The position numbers were made by a program, and so were the translations under genes. Of a DNA stretch of 64,000 bases, positions 41,001-54,965 are shown piece by piece (positions within the stretch are counted from its first letter, which is position 1; each line of letters starts with the position of its first letter). The DNA lies in NCBI RefSeq assembly GCF_009914755.1, contig NC_060948.1. One strand, 5' to 3'. The notes under the pieces are model-generated. The model was not told where the DNA came from. It worked only from the letters and a program-made list of their open reading frames with translations, and made no database searches. Origin of the DNA: the human T2T-CHM13v2.0 reference genome, Homo sapiens.

Positions 41001-42049
41001 AATCGAATGGCATCGAATGGAATGGAATGGAATGCAATGGAATGGAATGTATTAGAATGTAATGAACTTTAATGGAATGTACTCGAATGGATTCGACTGG
41101 AATGGAATGTTCTGGAAGTGAATGGACTCCAATGGAATGGATTCAAAAGGAATGGAATCGTACGGAATGGAATCTAATGGAATGGAATTAAATGGAAATG
41201 AATCAAATTGAATAGCACGGAATTGAATTGAATGGAATGGAATGCAATGGAATCTAATGAAACGGAAAGGAAAGGAATGGAATGGAATGGAATGGGCTGG
41301 AATGGAAAGGAATCGAAACGAATGGAATGGAATCGAACTGAAGAGACTGGAATGGAATGCACTGGAATGGAAGGGAGTGTAATGGAAGGTTCTCGAAAAA
41401 AATGGAATCGAATGGAATGGAATTGAATGGAACGGAATAGAGTCGAATGGAATTGAATGGAATGGAATGGACTAGAGTGAAATGGAATCGAACCACAAGG
41501 AATGGACAGGAATAGAATGGTCTCGAATTGAATGGAATCGTATGGAATGGCATCAAACGGAATGGAATGGACAGCCACGGAATGGAATGCACTCGAATGC
41601 AATGGAGTCGAAACTAATGGACTGGAATAGAATGGACTCGACTGGTACGGACTCCAATGGAATGGAATCGAATGGAAGGGAATCGAACGGAATGGACTCG
41701 AAGGGAAAAGACTGCAATGGAAAGGTCTCGAATGGAATGGAAATTAATGGAATGGAATGGAATCGAATGAAATGGAGTCAAAAGGAATGGAATCGAATGG
41801 CAAGAAATCGAATGTAATGGAATCGCAAGGAATTGATGTGAACGGAACGGAATGGAATGGAATCCAAAGGAATGGAATAGAATGGAATGGAATCGAATGG
41901 AAAGGACTCGAATGGAAATCACTCGAATAGAATGCAATTTAATAAAATAGGATCAAATGTAATGGAATGGAATGGAAAGGAATCGAAACGAAAGGAATGG
42001 AGACAGATGGAATGGAATGGAACAGAGAGCAATGGTATAGAATGGAATG

Positions 42050-45000
42050 GAATCATCTGGAATGGAATTGAATGGAATGGAATAATATGAAATGGAATGG
42101 AATGGAATGGAATGGAATGGAATGGAATGGAATGGAATGCCCTTGAATTAAATGGACTGGAATAGAATGGACTCGAACAGAGTGGAATGGAAAGTGTTGA
42201 GATAGAATGCAATGGACTCCTTCGGAATGGTCTAGTATGCAATGCAATCGACTGGCAGGGAATCAAAAGGAATGTAATCGAATGGATTGGACTGGAATGC
42301 AGTGGACTCGAATAGATTGGAAACGGAATGCAAAGGAATGGAATGGAATAGTATGGAATGGAATGGAAAGGAATGGAGTGGAATAGACTAGAGTGGAATG
42401 GAATGGACTGGAAAGCAATGGACTGGAATGGAACTTTCTTGAATGGACTGGAATCAAATGGAATGGAATGCAATGCAATCAAATGGCATGGAATAAAATA
42501 GAATGAAAGAGAATCAAATGGAATTGAATCGAATGGAATCGAATGGATTGGAAAGGAATAGAATGGAATGGAATGGAATTGACTCAAATAGAATGGACTA
42601 GAATGGAATGGATTCGAATGGAAGGCAAAGGAATGGAATCTATTGGAATCGACTGTAATGGAATGGAATGGAAGGGATTGGAATGGACTCGAATGGAATG
42701 GACTGCAATAGAAAGGATTCGAATGGAATGAAAAAGAATTGAACGGAATAGAACAGAATGGAATCAAATCGAATGAAATGGAATGGAATAGAAAGGAATG
42801 GAATGAAATGGAATGGAAAGGATTCGAATGGAATGCAATCGAATGGAATGGAATCGAACGGAATGGAATAAAATGGAAGAAAACTGGCAAGAAATGGAAT
42901 AGAAATGAATGGAGTGTTATGGAACGGACTCAAAAGGAATTGAATGTAATAGAATGGAGTGGAGTGGACTCGAATATAATGGACTGGAATGGAATGAAAT
43001 CACATGGAATGGGAACGAATGGAATGGAATGGAAAGGAATGGAATCGAATGGAAAGGAATCGAATGGAAGGGAATGAAATTGAATCAACAGGAATGGAAT
43101 GGAATAGAATAGACGGTAATGGAATGGACTCGAATAGAATGGACACGAATGCTGAAATTGAATGGACTCGAATGGAATGGAAACGAAAGGAATGTCATCG
43201 AATGGAATTGAATCGATTGGAATGAAATCGCATAGAATGGAGTGGAATCAAATGGAATTGAATCGAAAGGAAAGGAAGCGAATGGACTGAAATGAAATGG
43301 AATGGAATTGAATGGAAAGTAATGCAATGGAATAGAATGGAACGAAATTTCACGGAATGGAATCAAACTGAATGGAATCAAATCAATGGAATCAAATCAA
43401 ATGGAATGGAAAGGAATTGAATGGAGTAGATTGGATTGGATGGGATTGGAATGAAATGTACTGGAAAGGACTCGAATTTCATGAAACGGAATAGAATGAA
43501 TTGGAACGGAATGGACTCGAATGGAATGGAATGTCATGGAATGGCATCAAATGGAATGGCATCAAATGGAATGGAATCGAATGCAATGGAATGCTATGGA
43601 ATGGAATGGAATGCATTGGAATGGAATGTCCTCTAATGGAATGGATTCGAGTGGAATGGAATCGAATATAATGGAGTCGAATGAAATGGAATTGAAAGGA
43701 GTGGGATCGAATACAATGGAATATACTGGAATGTAATGTAATGAACTCGAATGTAATTGACTGGAATGGAATGTACATGAATGGAATGTAATCGAATGGA
43801 AAGTAATCCAATGGAATAGAATCTAATGCAATAAAACCGACTCAGATAGAGTAGAATGTAATGGAATGGAGTGCAGTGCAATGGAATGGAATGGAATGGA
43901 ATGCAATGGAATGGAATGGAATGGAATGGATTGGAATGGAATGGAATGGAATGGGATGGAATGGGATGGAATGGATAGTAATGGACTGGAGTGAAATGGA
44001 CTGGAAAGGAATGGACTCAAATTGAAAGGGCTCGAAAGGAATGGAGTCAAATGGAATGGTCTGGAATGGAATGAACACGAATGTAATGCAATCCAATAGA
44101 ATGGAATCGAATGGCATGGAATATAAAGAAATGGAATCGAAGAGAATGGAAACAAATGGAATGGAATTGAATGGAATGGAATTGAATGGAATGGGAACGA
44201 ATGGAGTGAAATTGTATGCAGTAGAAGGGAATAGAATGGAATGCAAGCGAAAGGAAAGGAATGGATTGGAATGGAATGGAATTCATTGGAATGGAAGGGA
44301 ATGTAGTGTAATGGACAGGCCTGGAATAAAGTGGAATGCTACGGTCTCGAATGGAATAAAAATGTATGGAATGGAATGCAATGAAACGGAATCGAATGTC
44401 ATAGAATGTAATGGAATGCAAAAAAATGGAATCCAAAATCATTGACTGGAAAGGCTGGGTGTCGAAAGGAATTGACTCCAATGGAATGGAATCGAATGGA
44501 ATGGAAGTGAATAGAATCGAACTAAATCGAATGGAATGGAATTGATAGGAACGGAATGGAAAGGAATGCAATGATTTGGCATGGAATGGAATCGAATGGC
44601 ATCGAATGGAATGGAATGGAATGCAATGGAATGGAATGTATTAGAATGTAATGAACTTTAATGGAATGTACTCGAATGGATTCGACTGGAATGGAATGTT
44701 CTGGAAGTGAATGGACTCCAATGGAATGGATTCAAAAGGAATGGAATCGTACGGAATGGAATCTAATGGAATGGAATTAAATGGAAATGAATCAAATTGA
44801 ATAGCACGGAATTGAATTGAATGGAATGGAATGCAATGGAATCTAATGAAACGGAAAGGAAAGGAATGGAATGGAATGGAATGGGCTGGAATGGAAAGGA
44901 ATCGAAACGAATGGAATGGAATCGAACTGAAGAGACTGGAATGGAATGCACTGGAATGGAAGGGAGTGTAATGGAAGGTTCTCGAAAAAAATGGAATCGA

Positions 45001-48000
45001 ATGGAATGGAATTGAATGGAACGGAATAGAGTCGAATGGAATTGAATGGAATGGAATGGACTAGAGTGAAATGGAATCGAACCACAAGGAACGGACAGGA
45101 ATAGAATGGTCTCGAATTGAATGGAATCGTATGGAATGGCATCAAACGGAATGGAATGGACAGCCACGGAATGGAATGCACTCGAATGCAATGGAGTCGA
45201 AACTAATGGACTGGAATAGAATGGACTCGACTGGTACGGACTCCAATGGAATGGAATCGAATGGAAGGGAATCGAACGGAATGGACTCGAAGGGAAAAGA
45301 CTGCAATGGAAAGGTCTCGAATGGAATGGAAATTAATGGAATGGAATGGAATCGAATGAAAAGGAGTCAAAAGGAATGGAATCGAATGGCAAGAAATCGA
45401 ATGTAATGGAATCGCAAGGAATTGATGTGAACGGAACGGAATGGAATGGAATCCAAAGGAATGGAATAGAATGGAATGGAATCGAATGGAAAGGACTCGA
45501 ATGGAAATCACTCGAATAGAATGCAATTTAATAAAATAGGATCAAATGTAATGGAATGGAATGGAAAGGAATCGAAACGAAAGGAATGGAGACAGATGGA
45601 ATGGAATGGAACAGAGAGCAATGGTATAGAATGGAATGGAATCATCTGGAATGGAATTGAATGGAATGGAATAATATGAAATGGAATGGAATGGAATGGA
45701 ATGGAATGGAATGGAATGGAATGGAATGCCCTTGAATTAAATGGACTGGAATAGAATGGACTCGAACAGAGTGGAATGGAAAGTGTTGAGATAGAATGCA
45801 ATGGACTCCTTCGGAATGGTCTAGTATGCAATGCAATCGACTGGCAGGGAATCAAAAGGAATGTAATCGAATGGATTGGACTGGAATGCAGTGGACTCGA
45901 ATAGATTGGAAACGGAATGCAAAGGAATGGAATGGAATAGTATGGAATGGAATGGAAAGGAATGGAGTGGAATAGACTAGAGTGGAATGGAATGGACTGG
46001 AAAGCAATGGACTGGAATGGAACTTTCTTGAATGGACTGGAATCAAACGGAATGGAATGCAATGCAATCAAATGGCATGGAATAAAATAGAATGAAAGAG
46101 AATCAAATGGAATTGAATCGAATGGAATCGAATGGATTGGAAAGGAATAGAATGGAATGGAATGGAATTGACTCAAATAGAATGGACTAGAATGGAATGG
46201 ATTCGAATGGAAGGCAAAGGAATGGAATCTATTGGAATGGACTGTAATGGAATGGAATGGAAGGGATTGGAATGGACTCGAATGGAATGGACTGCAATAG
46301 AAAGGATTCGAATGGAATGAAAAAGAATTGAACGGAATAGAACAGAATGGAATCAAATCGAATGAAATGGAATGGAATAGAAAGGAATGGAATGAAATGG
46401 AATGGAAAGGATTCGAATGGAATGCAATCGAATGGAATGGAATCGAACGGAATGGAATAAAATGGAAGAAAACTGGCAAGAAATGGAATAGAAATGAATG
46501 GAGTGTTATGGAACGGACTCAAAAGGAATTGAATGTAATAGAATGGAGTGGAGTGGACTCGAATATAATGGACTGGAATGGAATGAAATCACATGGAATG
46601 GGAACGAATGGAATGGAATGGAAAGGAATGGAATCGAATGGAAAGGAATCGAATGGAAGGGAATGAAATTGAATCAACAGGAATGGAATGGAATAGAATA
46701 GACGGTAATGGAATGGACTCGAATAGAATGGACACGAATGCTGAAATTGAATGGACTCGAATGGAATGGAAACGAAAGGAATGTCATCGAATGGAATTGA
46801 ATCGATTGGAATGAAATCGCATAGAATGGAGTGGAATCAAATGGAATTGAATCGAAAGGAAAGGAAGCGAATGGACTGAAATGAAATGGAATGGAATTGA
46901 ATGGAAAGTAATGCAATGGAATAGAATGGAACGAAATTTCACGGAATGGAATCAAACTGAATGGAATCAAATCAATGGAATCAAATCAAATGGAATGGAA
47001 AGGAATTGAATGGAGTAGATTGGATTGGATGGGATTGGAATGAAATGTACTGGAAACGACTCGAATTTCATGAAACGGAATGGAATGAATTGGAACGGAA
47101 TGGACTCGAATGGAATGGAATGTCATGGAATGGCATCAAATGGAATGGCATCAAATGGAATGGAATCGAATGCAATGGAATGCTATGGAATGGAATGGAA
47201 TGCATTGGAATGGAATGTCCTCTAATGGAATGGATTCGAGTGGAATGGAATCGAATATAATGGAGTCGAATGAAATGGAATTGAAAGGAGTGGGATCGAA
47301 TACAATGGAATATACTGGAATGTAATGTAATGAACTCGAATGTAATTGACTGGAATGGAATGTACATGAATGGAATGTAATCGAATGGAAAGTAATCCAA
47401 TGGAATAGAATCTAATGCAATAAAACCGACTCAGATAGAGTAGAATGTAATGGAATGGAGTGCAGTGCAATGGAATGGAATGGAATGGAATGCAATGGAA
47501 TGGAATGGAATGGAATGGAATGGAATGGAATGGAATGGAATGGAATGGGATGGAATGGGATGGAATGGATAGTAATGGACTGGAGTGAAATGGACTGGAA
47601 AGGAATGGACTCAAATTGAAAGGGCTCGAAAGGAATGGAGTCAAATGGAATGGTCTGGAATGGAATGAACACGAATGTAATGCAATCCAATAGAATGGAA
47701 TCGAATGGCATGGAATATAAAGAAATGGAATCGAAGAGAATGGAAACAAATGGAATGGAATTGAATGGAATGGAATTGAATGGAATGGGAACGAATGGAG
47801 TGAAATTGTATGCAGTAGAAGGGAATAGAATGGAATGCAAGCGAAAGGAAAGGAATGGATTGGAATGGAATGGAATTCATTGGAATGGAAGGGAATGTAG
47901 TGTAATGGACAGGCCTGGAATAAAGTGGAATGCTACGGTCTCGAATGGAATAAAAATGTATGGAATGGAATGCAATGAAACGGAATCGAATGTCATAGAA

Positions 48001-49000
48001 TGTAATGGAATGCAAAAAAATGGAATCCAAAATCATTGACTGGAAAGGCTGGGTGTCGAAAGGAATTGACTCCAATGGTATGGAATCGAATGGAATGGAA
48101 GTGAATAGAATCGAACTAAATCGAATGGAATGGAATTGATAGGAACGGAATGGAAAGGAATGCAATGAATTGGCATGGAATGGAATCGAATGGCATCGAA
48201 TGGAATGGAATGGAATGCAATGGAATGGAATGTATTAGAATGTAATGAACTTTAATGGAATGTACTCGAATGGATTCGACTGGAATGGAATGTTCTGGAA
48301 GTGAATGGACTCCAATGGAATGGATTCCAAAGGAATGGAATCGTACGGAATGGAATCTAATGGAATGGAATTAAATGGAAATGAATCAAATTGAATAGCA
48401 CGGAATTGAATTGAATGGAATGGAATGCAATGGAATCTAATGAAACGGAAAGGAAAGGAATGGAATGGAATGGAATGGGCTGGAATGGAAAGGAATCGAA
48501 ACGAATGGAATGGAATCGAACTGAAGAGACTGGAATGGAATGCACTGGAATGGAAGGGAGTGTAATGGAAGGTTCTCGAAAAAAATGGAATCGAATGGAA
48601 TGGAATTGAATGGAACGGAATAGAGTCGAATGGAATTGAATGGAATGGAATGGACTAGAGTGAAATGGAATCGAACCACAAGGAATGGACAGGAATAGAA
48701 TGGTCTCGAATTGAATGGAATCGTATGGAATGGCATCAAACGGAATGGAATGGACAGCCACGGAATGGAATGCACTCGAATGCAATGGAGTCGAAACTAA
48801 TGGACTGGAATAGAATGGACTCGAATGGTACGGACTCCAATGGAATGGAATCGAATGGAAGGGAATCGAACGGAATGGACTCGAAGGGAAAAGACTGCAA
48901 TGGAAAGGTCTCGAATGGAATGGAAATTAATGGAATGGAATGGAATCGAATGAAAAGGAGTCAAAAGGAATGGAATCGAATGGCAAGAAATCGAATGTAA
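42050..49000 (+). repeat. Recent single-unit (3589 bp) tandem duplication
   Basis: Paired private variants ~3589 bp apart: (GGAAT)9 tract (42094/45683), GACTCAAATAGAATGG (42581/46170), TTGAACGGAATAG (42739/46328), GGAATAGAAATG (~42896/46485). A further pair, GAAAAGGAGTC (~45358/48952), is 3594 bp apart. Boundaries are approximate. Confidence 0.85.
42094..42138 (+). repeat. Pure (GGAAT)9 tract; example of variable tract 2 (between AATATGAAAT and GCCCTTGAATT)
   Basis: Copy number is 8 at 2916, 5 at 6489 and in most units, 7 at 10068, 9 at 42094 and 45683, 6 at 59934 and 7 at 62000. Confidence 0.85.
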
Positions 49001-51401
49001 TGGAATCGCAAGGAATTGATGTGAACGGAACGGAATGGAATGGAATCCAAAGGAATGGAATAGAATGGAATGGAATCGAATGGAAAGGACTCGAATGGAA
49101 ATCACTCGAATAGAATGCAATTTAATAAAATAGGATCAAATGTAATGGAATGGAATGGAAAGGAATCGAAACGAAAGGAATGGAGACAGATGGAATGGAA
49201 TGGAACAGAGAGCAATGGTATAGAATGGAATGGAATCATCTGGAATGGAATTGAATGGAATGGAATAATATGAAATGGAATGGAATGGAATGGAATGGAA
49301 TGCCCTTGAATTAAATGGACTGGAATGGAATGGACTCGAACAGAGTGGAATGGAAAGTGTTGAGATAGAATGGAATGGACTCCTTTGGAATGGTGTAGTA
49401 TGCAATGCAATCGACTGGCAGGGAATCAAAAGGAATGTAATGGAATGGATTGGACTGGAATGCAATGGACTCGAATAGATTGGAAACGGAATGCAAAGGA
49501 ATGGAATGGAATAGTATGGAATGGAATGGAAAGGAATGGAGTGGAATAGACTAGAGTGGAATGGAATGGACTGGAAAGCCATGGACTGGAATGGAACTTT
49601 CTTGAATGGACTGGAATCAAACGGAATGGAATGCAATGCAATCAAATGGCATGGAATAAAATAGAATGAAAGAGAATCAAATGGAATTGAATCGAATGGA
49701 ATCGAATGGATTGGAAAGGAATAGAATGGAATGGAATGGAATGGACTAGAATGGAATGGATTCGAATGGAAGGCAAAGGAATGGAATCTATTGGAATGGA
49801 CTGTAATGGAATGGAATGGAAGGGATTGGAATGGACTCGAATGGAATGGACTGCAATAGAAAGGATTCGAATGGAATGAAAAAGAATTGAATGGAATAGA
49901 ACAGAATGGAATCAAATCGAATGAAATGGAATGGAATAGAAAGGAATGGAATGAAATGGAATGGAAAGGATTCGAATGGAATGCAATCGAATGGAATGGA
50001 ATCGAACGGAATGGAATAAAATGGAAGAAAACTGGCAAGAAATGGAATCGAAATGAATGGAGTGTTATGGAACGGACTCAAAAGGAATTGAATGTAATAG
50101 AATGGAGTGTAGTGGATTCGAATATAATGGACTGGAATGGAATGAAATCACATGGAATGGGAACGAATGGAATGGAATGGAAAGGAATGGAATCGAATGG
50201 AAAGGAATCGAATGGAAGGGAATGAAATTGAATCAACAGGAATGGAAGGGAATAGAATAGACGGTAATGGAATGGACTCGAATAGAATGGACACGAATGC
50301 TCAAATTGAATGGACTCGAGTGGAATGGAAACGAAAGGAATGTCATCGAATGGAATTGAATCGATTGGAATGAAATCGCATAGAATGGAGTGGAATCAAA
50401 TGGAATTGAATCGAAAGGAAAGGAAGCGAATGGACTGAAATGAAATGGAATGGAATTGAATGGAAAGTAATGCAATGGAATAGAATGGAACGAAATTTCA
50501 CGGAATGGAATCAAACTGAATGGAATCAAATCAATGGAATCAAATCAAATGGAATGGAAAGGAATTGAATGGAGTAGATTGGATTGGATGGGATTGGAAT
50601 GAAATGTACTGGAAAGGACTCGAATTTCATGAAACGGAATGGAATGAATTGGAACGGAATGGACTCGAATGGAATGGAATGTCATGGAATGGCATCAAAT
50701 GGAATGGCATCAAATGGAATGGAATCGAATGCAATGGAATGCTATGGAATGGAATGGAATGCATTGGAATGGAATGTCCTCTAATGGAATGGATTCGAGT
50801 GGAATGGAATCGAATATAATGGAGTCGAATGAAATGTAATTGAAAGGAATGGGATCGAATACAATGGAATATACTGGAATGTAATGTAATGAACTCGAAT
50901 GTAATTGACTGGAATGGAATGTACATGAATGGAATGTAATCGAATGGAAAGTAATCCAATGGAATAGAATCTAATGCAATAAAATCGACTCAGATAGAGT
51001 AGAATGTAATGGAATGGAGTGCAGTGCAATGGAATGGAATGGAATGGAATGCAATTGAATGGAATGGAATGGAATGGGATGGAATGGTATGGAATGGATA
51101 GTAATGGACTGGAGTGAAATGGACTGGAAAGGAATGGACTCAAATTGAAAGGGCTCGAAAGGAATGGAGTCAAATGGAATGGTCTGGAATGGAATGAACA
51201 CGAATGTAATGCAATCCAATAGAATGGAATCGAATGGCATGGAATATAAAGAAATGGAATCGAAGAGAATGGAAACAAATGGAATGGAATTGAATGGAAT
51301 GGAATTGAATGGAATGCGAACGAATGGAGTGAAATTGTATGCAGTAGAAGGGAATAGAATGGAATGCAAGCGAAAGGAAAGGAATGGATTGGAATGGAAT
51401 G

Positions 51402-54400
51402 GAATTCATTGGAATGGAAGGGAATGTAGTGTAATGGACAGGCCTGGAATAAAGTGGAATGCTACTGTCTCGAATGGAGTAAAAATGTATGGAATGGAAT
51501 GCAATGAAACGGAATCGAATGTCATAGAATGTAATGGAATGCAAAAAAATGGAATCCAAAATCATTGACTGGAAAGGCTGGGTGTCGAAAGGAATTGACT
51601 CCAATGGAATGGAATCGAATGGAATGGAAGTGAATAGAATCGAACTAAATCGAATGGAATGGAATTCATAGGAACGGAATGGAAAGGAATGCAATGATTT
51701 GGCATGGAATGGAATCGAATGGCATCGAATGGAATGGAATGGAATGCAATGGAATGGAATGTATTAGAATGTAATGAACTTTAATGGAATGTACTCGAAT
51801 GGATTCGACTGGAATGGAATGTTCTGGAAGTGAATGGACTCCAATGGAATGGATTCAAAAGGAATGGAATCGTACGGAATGGAATCTAATGGAATGGAAT
51901 TAAATGGAAATGAATCAAATTGAATAGCACGGAATTGAATTGAATGGAATGGAATGCAATGGAATCTAATGAAACGGAAAGGAAAGGAATGGAATGGAAT
52001 GGAATGGGCTGGAATGGAAAGGAATCGAAACGAATGGAATGGAATCGAACTGAAGAGACTGGAATGGAATGCACTGGAATGGAAGGGAGTGTAATGGAAG
52101 GTTCTCGAAAAAAATGGAATGGAATGGAATGGAATTGAATGGAACGGAATAGAGTCGAATGGAATTGAATGGAATGGAATGGACTAGAGTGAAATGGAAT
52201 CGAACCGCAAGGAATGGACAGGAATAGAATGGTCTCGAATTGAATGGAATCGTATGGAATGGCATCAAACGGAATGGAATGGACAGCCACGGAATGGAAT
52301 GCACTCGAATGCAATGGAGTCGAAACTAATGGACTGGAATAGAATGGACTCGACTGGTACGGACTCCAATGGAATGGAATCGAATGGAAGGGAATCGAAC
52401 GGAATGGACTCGAAGGGAAAAGACTGCAATGGAAAGGTCTCGAATGGAATGGAAATTAATGGAATGGAATGGAATCGAATGAAATGGAGTCAAAAGGAAT
52501 GGAATCGAATGGCAAGAAATCGAATGTAATGGAATCGCAAGGAATTGATGTGAACGGAACGGAATGGAATGGAATCCAAAGGAATGGAATAGAATGGAAT
52601 GGAATCGAATGGAAAGGACTCGAATGGAAATCACTCGAATAGAATGCAATTTAATAAAATAGGATCAAATGTAATGGAATGGAATGGAAAGGAATCGAAA
52701 CGAAAGGAATGGAGACAGATGGAATGGAATGGAACAGAGAGCAATGGTATAGAATGGAATGGAATCATCTGGAATGGAATTGAATGGAATGGAATAATAT
52801 GAAATGGAATGGAATGGAATGGAATGGAATGTCCTTGAATTAAATGGACTGGAATGGAATGGACTCGAACAGAGTGGAATGGAAAGTGTTGAGATAGAAT
52901 GCAATGGACTCCTTTGGAATGGTGTAGTATGCAATGCAATCGACTGGCAGGGAATCAAAAGGAATGTAATGGAATGGATTGGACTGGAATGCAATGGACT
53001 CGAATAGATTGGAAACGGAATGCAAAGGAATGGAATGGAATAGTATGGAATGGAATGGAAAGGAATGGAGTGGAATAGACTAGAGTGGAATGGAATGGAC
53101 TGGAAAGCAATGGACTGGAATGGAACTTTCTTGAATGGACTGGAATCAAACGGAATGGAATGCAATGCAATCAAATGGCATGGAATAAAATAGAATGAAA
53201 GAGAATCAAATGGAATTGAATCGAATGGAATCGAATGGATTGGAAAGGAATAGAATGGAATGGAATGGAATTGACTCAAATGGAATGGACTAGAATGGAA
53301 TGGATTCGAATGGAAGGCAAAGGAATGGAATCTATTGGAATGGACTGTAATGGAATGGAATGGAAGGGATTGGAATGGACTCGAATGGAATGGACTGCAA
53401 TAGAAAGGATTCGAATGGAATGAAAAAGAATTGAATGGAATAGAACAGAATGGAATCAAATCGAATGAAATGGAATGGAATAGAAAGGAATGGAATGAAA
53501 TGGAATGGAAAGGATTCGAATGGAATGCAATCGAATGGAATGGAATCGAACGGAATGGAATAAAATGGAAGAAAACTGGCAAGAAATGGAATCGAAATGA
53601 ATGGAGTGTTATGGAACGGACTCAAAAGGAATTGAATGTAATAGAATGGAGTGGAGTGGACTCGAATATAATGGACTGGAATGGAATGAAATCACATGGA
53701 ATGGGAACGAATGGAATGGAATGGAAAGGAATGGAATCGAATGGAAAGGAATCGAATGGAAGGGAATGAAATTGAATCAACAGGAATGGAAGGGAATAGA
53801 ATAGACGGTAATGGAATGGACTCGAATAGAATGGACACGAATGCTGAAATTGAATGGACTCGAATGGAATGGAAACGAAAGGAATGTCATCGAATGGAAT
53901 TGAATCGATTGGAATGAAATCGCATAGAATGGAGTGGAATCAAATGGAATTGAATCGAAAGGAAAGGAAGCGAATGGACTGAAATGAAATGGAATGGAAT
54001 TGAATGGAAAGTAATGCAATGGAATAGAATGGAACGAAATTTCACGGAATGGAATCAAACTGAATGGAATCAAATCAATGGAATCAAATCAAATGGAATG
54101 GAAAGGAATTGAATGGAGTAGATTGGATTGGATGGGATTGGAATGAAATGTACTGGAAAGGACTCGAATTTCATGAAACGGAATGGAATGAATTGGAACG
54201 GAATGGACTCGAATGGAATGGAATGTCATGGAATGGCATCAAATGGAATGGCATCAAATGGAATGGAATCGAATGCAATGGAATGCTATGGAATGGAATG
54301 GAATGCATTGGAATGGAATGTCCTCTAATGGAATGGATTCGAGTGGAATGGAATCGAATATAATGGAGTCGAATGAAATGGAATTGAAAGGAGTGGGATC

Positions 54401-54965
54401 GAATACAATGGAATATACTGGAATGTAATGTAATGAACTCGAATGTAATTGACTGGAATGGAATGTACATGAATGGAATGTAATCGAATGGAAAGTAATC
54501 CAATGGAATAGAATCTAATGCAATAAAACCGACTCAGATAGAGTAGAATGTAATGGAATGGAGTGCAGTGCAATGGAATGGAATGGAATGGAATGCAATG
54601 GAATGGAATGGAATGGAATGGAATGGAATGGAATGGAATGGGATGGAATGGGATGGAATGGATAGTAATGGACTGGAGTGAAATGGACTGGAAAGGAATG
54701 GACTCAAATTGAAAGGGCTCGAAAGGAATGGAGTCAAATGGAATGGTCTGGAATGGAATGAACACGAATGTAATGCAATCCAATAGAATGGAATCGAATG
54801 GCATGGAATATAAAGAAATGGAATCGAAGAGAATGGAAACAAATGGAATGGAATTGAATGGAATGGAATTGAATGGAATGGGAACGAATGGAGTGAAATT
54901 GTATGCAGTAGAAGGGAATAGAATGGAATGCAAGCGAAAGGAAAGGAATGGATTGGAATGGAATG
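51402..54965 (+). repeat. Full-length DYZ1 unit, EcoRI-to-EcoRI 3564 bp
   Basis: 54966-51402 = 3564, the canonical DYZ1 length. This copy also has a private extra GAATTC at 51662-51667. Confidence 0.9.

Noticed and set aside
41919-46479. Longest ORFs (323 aa, minus strand) and the recurring 300-305 aa ORF
   Set aside because: Their length changes with pentamer copy number in tract 2 and frames are shifted freely between units, so there is no sign of coding constraint.
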